From: Octopus vulgaris
Taxonomy: Eukaryota
Direction: 5' to 3'
DNA length: 64,000 nt
Assembly: GCA_951406725.2 (NCBI GenBank)
Contig: OX597820.1
Span: 41,602,001 to 41,666,000 of the forward strand
A program made the translations under genes and the position numbers. This document shows positions 55,286-64,000 of the stretch, in pieces; position 1 is the stretch's first letter; the number at the start of each line of letters is the position of its first letter. Under the pieces are notes generated by a model. That model worked only from the letters and a program-made list of their open reading frames with translations, had not been told where the DNA came from and ran no database searches.

Positions 55286-56744
55286 CGATTAATACAGAAA
55301 AGTAGATGACGGAGTAGATGAGCTAGTTGCAGCGTAACCTTACGAAGCACAAAAAAAAATTGCTTAAATTTGACTTTACGTCGCAACCAATGGGTTGTTA
55401 GTCCACTGTCTTATCCGTTCTTACATATTGTCTACAATTGGTATAGATGAGACACTAAAATGAGGTAATTGCCATAATTTAGAGCATCCGTGCAATTGAT
55501 TGAGGTCTTCAGGAATACCATTATACATTCCAGATGTTGTTAGTTTCATAGCACTCTGTAATCATTATCAGAAAGGAAAAGAAAGAATGATATCAGCGCA
55601 TAACACTATCTTACTCCAATTCTTTTGAGTAGTACACTGAATATAAAGGAGTTAGTAAGTGATGCCTTTATTTATCTATCTATAATTTGTTGCGTATTCA
55701 CAAAGCCTAATTTTTAAAGAGAGGGTAATACCTTACATGCATATCTTAAGGGAAATGATTTGGAAAACCAAATAAAATAAGTACAAGCAAAAATCGAATC
55801 CGGGTCGAGAGCTCGGATTACTAGGAGATCCCTTCTATTCTACTATTGTACAGTGTTCGCTACCTTAATGTATAATGGATATTTTCTTCGGGGGGATTCC
55901 TTCACGTTGCATTATTGCATACGAGATATCACTATCGATAATGTTAGAAATCTTTCCCTTCCTCCTCATCAATTTTCATGTACAACAAGGCATTTTACTG
56001 TATTGATTCTTCGATTAAGATCATCTGTGTGATTATGCGACCTGCGTAGAACTGTGTTTGTTCGCTCCGCAACTCACACACAAGCATACGTACAAACGCA
56101 CGCAAACACACAAGCACTCACACGGAGTCACAGACGATCTAGCCTCCCCGTCTCTCGTTCTTTATCACGTCTTTAGTTTCTTCTTATTCGTCTAACATTC
56201 TTTCTGTTCCGCATCTTCATTTACTTGGCTGCTATATGACTTTCATTCGATTTAGTTTTACACAGTTTTTACCTCACCCTACATTATTGCAAAATACCAC
56301 CGCTATATTTGTAGTTCTGCTTTTTTTTACTTTTATTAAGCTTTAGGGGAAAATTAAGAAGATACGTTAAAGAAAAATTCACATTGCAAAAGAGTACACG
56401 AACACTTTTGTTCTTCCCCTCTGAACCATTTATATATTTCAAACAACATATCCAACTCATACATTTATCTCACTCCGTATAAATCTCTAAGATCACTACC
56501 AACAGCAACGTTAAAACCAACAGCGCCTCAATATTAGCACTGGTATCACAATATGTTTAATATTACGTTAGTGATATTAGAGAGGGGTTTCTTGTACAGG
56601 TCTGAGCAACATCGTTTTCAAGAAGTCTGGCCGTTGCCAATGCATGCAAGCCACCTCCTATCGAGGCCGCTGAATTATCTACGTAAAATGCCACTACATT
56701 AGGTGCGATACAGTATAGTGTCAGTGTCATCGAAGCAATGCTAC

Positions 56745-56955
56745 CAGAATGCAAAATACCGCAAGGCATCGTAGCCAACGCTCTAAGATTTGTCCCAATC
56801 CATTGCTTAGGATTTGCATTTTATTGTCATCTCTGAAGCGATGAAAGCCAAACTTTACGCCTAGTGGGATTTGAACTGAGAGCGCAGGAAATCAAAAGAG
56901 ATTCCGCGGGATATTCCCGCCAATATTTTACCGATTGCATCAATTCGCTGCTTTA
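56745..56955 (-). mobile_element. Two decayed Nin/Deu-type SINE fragments
   Basis: AAATACCGCAAGGCAT...ACGCTCTAAGATT and GATGAAAGCCAAA...GGGATTTGAACTGAGAGCG resemble the reverse complement of the family head and body. Confidence 0.55.
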
Positions 56956-57134
56956 TCATATACGGTAATTTTTTGTCCAGTCTTTAATTTTACTACAGAC
57001 TCTCAAATACCCATATTTTATCACATTTATTAATATTCATTTATAAGAAAACTGTTTTAATATCCTGTACACTGACACTCAAATTACTTTCCCGCTAACT
57101 GTTTACATAAATAATTCGTTATCACTTCTATACC

Positions 57135-57320
57135 GTTCGTTCGCACCGGGTCCGCTCTGATAAGATAGATTGATAATCAAAAGCATCCCAAAGCTATTTT
57201 TTGACTATCAGTTAATTAAATAATACACTATGTCCTTCCTGTATTTAAGCAAGTAGTGTGTGATTGAGGGAAATTTTGTTGCTATTTCCAGAAAGCTCAC
57301 TGAACTCAGACAAGCTTCGA
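57135..57320 (+). mobile_element. Degenerate short interspersed repeat (family of 18985 and 36975)
   Basis: GGGTCCGCTCTGAT...ATAATCAAAAGCATCCCA...TGTGTGATTGAGGGAAATTTTGTTGCTATTTCCAG. Confidence 0.55.
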
Positions 57321-57754
57321 AACTGGTGAAGATCTAAAGAAACTGAAGTTAAAATTCCTATATTTCCTTGGTAATTTAATTAATATCTTCAAAAGATTTG
57401 TGGATATAAGGATTAACATATTAAGAAAATATTTGAAATTTTCGACTTCATGCTTGATAACACGTTGACTTTTATGAAAGAGTTATTTTGAGAATATATA
57501 TCGAATGTAAATTATGGTTGAAGCAAGAATATAGTGCGGAAATTTGAAACTAGTAGCACAACCTTAGAATTTCATTGCAGATGATAATTATAAAGTATAG
57601 CTATCCTGTATTTATATCTATGTAGGTAAACGTTTCTGCTAAGAAATAAGCATTTTTTTAAATGGAAAGCATCGAACAATTCGTCACTAGGCCGACGCGC
57701 TATAGATTCAGTCAACTAGAATATATATATATGCGTGTGTGTGTGTGTGAATGT

Positions 57755-57929
<175 letters not shown>

Positions 57930-58859
57930 TAAGTTCCCTCTTATAACCTCAACTTCTCGCTATATATATATATAAAACTTTAGAATAAATTAGTGAAAGA
58001 AGAAATGATAGTGGAGAGTGAGTTGGCACGAAAATAAAGAAACGGGTTTATAAGGAATAACAAGAATACATTAAATGAGAAATAGAAGATAGAAGAAAAT
58101 AATGGATGTGAAAATAAGAGGAAAATGGTAAAGAAAATAAAAATACAAGAAAATTAATTAAAAAATAATAATTGAGACAAATGAGAGAAATGTAGAAAAT
58201 GTATAATGAAATAAAAGAGAAGAAATGAAAAAAAAAGTACGAGCTCTCGAAACATATAAAGTAAAATAACACACATTAAGAATAAGGAAAATACAAATGT
58301 AGTGCATATAATAAATATAGAGTAGGAGAAACAGAATATCTAGAAAAATGGGGAAAATTAATAAAAACAGAGAAGAATTGAAAAATAGAGAAATAAAATA
58401 TTTGTGATAATAAAACATCAACGGAAAACAAATTTTGAAGAATTGCCACAAGAAAGTAAAGGGAAACTGAAAACAGAATGAAAAGAAGAAGTGAACTCTT
58501 TGTTTTAAAATAATTACGCATTTAATAATTAGGCTGAGTGCGGCGAACGCTCAGGAGCAAAACCTAAGCTCCCAGCAAACTGAGACCGCTAAGTGGTTTC
58601 AAATTTGGGCCGAAGCCATTTCACATTCCACATGTCACTTATTCCCTTAGAACAGAATTGAACGTCATACTTCCATTTCCCCTACCGCTAAATATGTAGT
58701 GCCTCTATAAATATCTTAAACAAAATAAGAAGACTCAGTAGCGTAGATCAATAAGTACGTTCTTCGTGAGCAAATGACACACTAATGCCTTTGAGAAAGT
58801 CATGGACGATACAAAAAAACTAAATTTTCAGGAAGAAATCTAAAATCAAGTTGAGATAG

Positions 58860-59185
58860 CAAAGCTTCGCTTCGGAACCATGAGTATCTGTATTAGACTG
58901 GAGCCGTTTAATGCCTTGTAAGTGGATATGGTAGACGGAAACTGTATGGAGGCCCATCGTATATGTGTTTATATTTCTGTCTCAAAGTTTTGTATTTCTG
59001 TCTCAATGCTTGCTTAACTGTGTGAGTATGCTTGCGTCCCTTTAACAGCGGTTTGAACAAAGATTGTTAGAATAAGAACCAGACTAGCGTTAAAATAATA
59101 ATACTCTGTTCCTTTTGATCAACTAAACACTGTTGCGCCAGCTTGGCCTCAGTCCGATAACAATAATAAGTAGAGAAAAGAGAAT
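58860..59185 (+). mobile_element. Decayed CORE-type SINE body and tail
   Basis: GCCTTGTAAGTGGATATGGTAGACGGAAACTG...GGCCCATCGTATATGTG matches the 27862 family. Confidence 0.65.
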
Positions 59186-60318
59186 TTTGCTGAAGGTTTA
59201 GGTAAAAATGTTGTCAGGATGTATTTTGCTGTTCATCTACACTGGATTCTTGAGACAAACACCAGTCATTCGTTGAAGTTAGGGTTCACGAGACAAGCAT
59301 CCTCGACACGATTCCTTGCAGAAATCAAAGAGAATGTAAATTAGTTTATAAAGAAAAATTTCAAATTGCCAAATCCCTTGCTTGAATGAGTTGACGTGGG
59401 GGTTGTCATGTTAACGTCCCAAACAATCCACTACATACTAAATTCTTTTGATAGCACAGGCATATAACCGACTAAAAAATTGAAAGAAATAGTACGCACT
59501 GGATAATGTATTCTCAGATATATTATACTTGATGACACAAAAGATGGGATGCCTTATATCAGGAATACATTTGATCCCAAAATTGCTCTATCAGGACTTT
59601 GAATTACACAACCACTGGAATTGTTTCCCAATTTCGTTTCGTTCAGTTTAGTTCTAAGATGCAAAACGATGAAGTTAGAGACTCGACGAAAAATAAAAAA
59701 AAACTCTGGTATTTTAATATTCGACAAAGACAAAAATAAAACTGTGATAACTATGTCCAAAACATTCCCCAGGACTATTTTGAAATTAATACGAAAAGGA
59801 AAAACAGCCATAACATTGCAAATTAAGACTGAAGTAAAATGAAAAGTTTTCTATGATTACCTTGTCAATGATTGTGAAAATAACAGAAAGAATGACAAAG
59901 TAGACAAACGAAAATCCAGACATTTCAGTTTAGCGGACAGCATCAACAGTAACAAGAACAACACATTCAAGAACAAATATACATCATTAACTAGAGACTA
60001 TTTTGTTTTTAATATTTTCTTTCGAAGGAGATCACAGCATTTGTAAGAAATAATAAGAATAAATAAAAAGATGCAGAAAACCAGGAACTAGGAAAAAAAT
60101 AATGAACACTTCAAATAATGTTTCTGTGCGTGCGCATGCGTGTATTTTTCTGTCTGTCTGTGAGTGTATACGCGCACACACAAACACACACACACATACA
60201 CACACATAGGGTGAGAAAAATAGGCTGAAAGTTTGACAGATGGGTCGTCGAAACATTTATCTTGGAAAGAAAGATGATTTTATATATATAGAAAACACTC
60301 ATTCATACACACTCACTG

Positions 60319-60350
<32 letters not shown>

Positions 60351-60415
60351 GCACACGCAAGTTCTATATATACGTGCATGGAGGAGATATTTACCAATGC
60401 ACATATATATGAATA

Positions 60416-60484
<69 letters not shown>

Positions 60485-60774
60485 TTCTATATAAATAAGT
60501 ATATAAATATAAGTGCGTGCGTGTGTGTCTGTAAGTGTGTCTATGTGTGTGTACGTGCGTGTGCATATATAGATGACAGTTTCTCTTACTCAAAATTCTA
60601 GCGATAAAGATGCTACAGACACTTACGCGCGTGCGAACACACACACACATACACACAAACACGCAGGGACACAATCACATTCATACGAATAGTCTGAAAG
60701 ATAGACTGGTTTACAGCCAGGAAGACACATGCATTTATAAGAGTATGTATGTGTTGAATACCAGGGTGATGCAG

Positions 60775-60775
<1 letters not shown>

Positions 60776-60870
<95 letters not shown>
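60776..60870. repeat. (GATA)n microsatellite
   Basis: Direct reading; similar tracts at 42228-42310 and, as (ATCT)n, at 51761-51840. Confidence 0.97.
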
Positions 60871-60872
<2 letters not shown>

Positions 60873-61031
60873 AGAGGAAGGCGGAGAGAGAGAAAGGGGA
60901 AAGAGAGAGTTATTAACGGAGAGAGGGATTGAAGGAGGTAAAGAGAAGAAGTGAGAGGGTAGAAAAAAGCAGGAGGGCGAGAGGAAAATAAGAGATAGTT
61001 CTATGACTTATATATAGAAAACAGAAACTAC

Positions 61032-61090
61032 CACTTGACAATGCAAATTGATTGACAGGAAGGCAGTTACGTTCTGCAGAAATAACTGCC
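61032..61090. promoter_or_regulatory. Candidate enhancer core (dense TF motif cluster)
   Basis: CACTTGA, ACAAT, ATGCAAAT (61041-61048) and TGATTGACAG (61049-61058) abut or overlap. Function is inferred only. Confidence 0.3.
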
Positions 61091-61728
61091 GTGTACAGAA
61101 ATAATGATTCCTCTTTGTTGTATGAAGATTTCAATGGTTTTATTGGGAATAGGAATCGTGTTGTTGTGACTATCATGCTTTTCTCTAATGTACGGATGTT
61201 TGCAGTTAATAAAAATATAGACGCACTGCAATCACCAAGTCAGTTTACGAACTCTCACTCACAAAAAGGTCCGTTGTTTATGATTTTTGATGAAGGCACA
61301 AAGCTATAACTGTTTTTTTTTTCATGCGGGTGAGGCGAGGTGGGGCTATAATCGATTATATTCCCACTGTACTTTGTTTGACTGATAGTCTATTACATCG
61401 ACCATCGTATTATAGTTAGACAAAGACGGACGTACAAGGATTTGTACGCATTACTCTATGAAGTGTAAATAAACACAGCACTATAGTTAATCCAACGGTT
61501 TACTGATTCTCCCGCCCCAACGCTTTCGCAATAATAATCATTTCTGACATAAGGGGAAAGCCAGCAAATACATACATACGTACATACATACAAATATGCA
61601 TACATGCATACACGTACATACATACATACATACAAACTACAAACATAGATACCTTCACATATATATATAGACTTGCATACATACGTTAAGTACATGCATA
61701 TTCATATATATCACTACATAAGCATTCG

Positions 61729-61804
<76 letters not shown>

Positions 61805-62082
61805 GTGTGTTCGTGTGTAATTATATGTGATTGTTTCTAAATAAGGATTAGATTTCGATGGAAAAGTTTAACAGAAGTTACCTTCCTCAGTATTTACCTA
61901 ATACTTTATTTTATAACAAAGGAGGAATGGATAAAATTGCGAAAAAGGCCTCGTTAGAATCAGAAATCTGAATTTTAATATCCGAAGCTGTAACGATCCT
62001 ACCACTCCAGCTATTTGATAATTTTCAATTTAAGCAAATAACTAGCAGTTTTGATAATAGTAGGTTCGTCTGTTACAATGAT

Positions 62083-62229
62083 ACCAGTAACTGACTGGTA
62101 TTTTATTTTATCGGTACTGAAACGTAATTTGACCCCAGTAGTATTTGAACCCAAAACGTAAAATTTCGGAATAATAACTGTCGGGCATTTTGTCCGACGC
62201 CCTAATGACTTCACCGATTCGCCACCCTT
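62083..62229 (-). mobile_element. Decayed Nin/Deu-type SINE
   Basis: Reverse complement AAGGGTGGCGAATCGGTGAAGTCATTAGGGCGTCGGACAAAATGCC...GGGTTCAAATAC...CCGATAAAATAAAATACCAG. Confidence 0.7.
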
Positions 62230-62354
62230 AAAAATTGTTCGTAGTATAGGTTCAAGGGAGTGGGGTGTGTTAATATAGAACATTGTTTTTGCTGGATTTG
62301 AACACAAAACGTACACAGCTGGGATAAAATCTACAAGGCAATATTTCCGACGCT

Positions 62355-62556
62355 CGTTAGAATCGTTAGCACGCCGGGTAAAATGCTTAGCGGCGTTTCG
62401 TCCCTCTTAAGGTTGTGAGTTCAAATTCCGTCGGGGTCGACTTTAATTTTCATCCTTTTTGGGCCGATAAAATAAATACCAGTTCATCACTGGAGTCGAT
62501 GTAATCGACTGAGTTCCTTTCCAGGAAATTGCTGGCCTTGTGCCAATATTTGAAAT
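62355..62556 (+). mobile_element. Younger Nin/Deu-domain-type SINE flanked by a 16-bp TSD
   Basis: GAATCGTTAGCACGCCGGG...GAGTTCAAATTCC (B box), GTCGACTTT..TTTCATCCTTT..GGGCCGATAAAATAAATACCAG (Deu/Nin-like core) and tail GGCCTTGTGCCAATATTTGAAA. Direct repeat CAATATTTCCGACGCT at 62339-62354 and 62557-62572. Confidence 0.88.
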
Positions 62557-62992
62557 CAATATTTCCGACGCTTTGACGATTTCGTCAATTTGTGGCCTTA
62601 TAAAATAATTAAAAGAAGAAAAATGAAATATCAACTCAGAATGTAAAAGTTGCTTAGATATTACCGGCTTTAAGGATTTGGCAAAACCTGGGGTTCATAT
62701 AATAGTACTTTCTAACATAAGCACACGGTTAGAAGTTTCGTAGGAAGAGACAAGTTCTATTATATAGGCTGCCCTACTTGAAAGGTAAATAACATCGTCA
62801 GGCATGAAAGTATGAAAGACAAAGAAGTCGGCATTTGCGGAATCCGAACTAAAAATAAAAAGCAAAAAGACGACACTAAATAACGCATGGTATTTCTTCT
62901 GATGCTCGACCGATTCTGTCACTCCAATACCCTAAATGCTATTTCTTATAAGAAAATCAGAAGCATTTGATGTTGGTCAAATATTGGATTTA

Positions 62993-63074
62993 AAACAACA
63001 ACAGCATTATCGAGAGCAGGAGTAACAGAAACAACAACAACAGCATTATCAAGAGCAGGAGTAACAGAAACAAT
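62993..63074. repeat. 39-bp tandem duplication followed by (AAC)n
   Basis: Block AACAACAACAGCATTATC(G/A)AGAGCAGGAGTAACAGAAAC occurs twice with period 39. Confidence 0.92.
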
Positions 63075-63283
63075 AACAACAAGATCTACAACAACAACAA
63101 TAACAACAACAACAACAACACACATTCAAACAAACGAACAGGAAATTCAAATACAAAGGAAATGAAGGAAAAAATATGAAAACATTGTTATTGGATAGAA
63201 ACGATATAAACAGCTCTTAATGGGATATGCATCCATTAAATAAATGTGTATATTTTGTGAGTATGTGTATATAAAATTATGTA

Positions 63284-63333
<50 letters not shown>

Positions 63334-63727
63334 AAGATAGAGACAAGAGCAGAAGCATAGAAGCACATACATACATGTATGTAAGTATACATTCATACGC
63401 ACACATATGCATGCAGACTTAGGCGTATGCAGACTTACACATACGTGTATCTTAATACATTTATGTTTATCTGAGCGTATTACTATACTATACGTGTACG
63501 CATGTGTGAATATATTACATGTGTGTGTGTGTGCGTGCGTGTCTATGTAAGTGTGTGTGTATGTGTGAGTGTGTGTGTGTGTGTGTGTGAGTGTGTGTGT
63601 AAATATATTAATCTACATAAATATATATTTTCGCAAACAATTGTATTATACAAGACAGTAAGCGTCTATATATATTTAGGTAGACACTTCATATTCACAG
63701 ATATATACACGTCTCATCGAGCTTTAT

Positions 63728-63765
<38 letters not shown>

Positions 63766-64000
63766 TGTCTGTGTCTGTGCATGTATTTATGTATGTATGA
63801 ATGTGTATGTGTGAGTGTGTGTATGTATGTGCGTTTGTGTGTGTGTGCGTGCGTGTGTGTGTGTGTGTGTGTGTTTGTCGATATGTACAAATGTAAAAAT
63901 ACGGATATATATACATTATAGGTACATACATATATTTTTTTAAATATATACAACAAATATGTATAAAACTTATATCTTAAAGGAAACAGAAGAAAAATGT

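Noticed and set aside
62993-63074. CRISPR-like direct repeats
   Set aside because: Two adjacent 39-bp copies with no spacer, eukaryotic context and no cas genes.

Overview
AT-rich animal genomic DNA saturated with microsatellites ((TA)n, (CA)n, (GATA)n, (TATG)n, (GTA/GTG)n). The SINE families resemble those I recall from octopus, so a coleoid cephalopod origin is inferred. I see no convincing host protein-coding exon, and almost all listed ORFs are translated microsatellites. The recognisable content is a layered record of decayed transposons: one maT (DD37D) and two mariner elements, two Penelope-like element (PLE) GIY-YIG remnants, R4/Dong-, RTE-, L1- and CR1/Jockey-like LINE fragments, and at least four short interspersed repeat families. 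The most interesting signal is a set of type-I hammerhead ribozyme (HHR) motifs. A head-to-head inverted pair with a U4C-variant core sits in a (TA)n tract at about 22.7 kb, a long-stem-II HHR lies downstream of a PLE endonuclease at about 53.2 kb, and several partial copies occur elsewhere. Other points are a SINE tail swap, a SINE nested antisense in a related SINE with a 16-bp TSD, a ~300-bp tandem repeat with hairpins, a compact multi-hairpin GC island and a dense transcription-factor motif cluster. All family assignments come from reading motifs by eye, with no database search.
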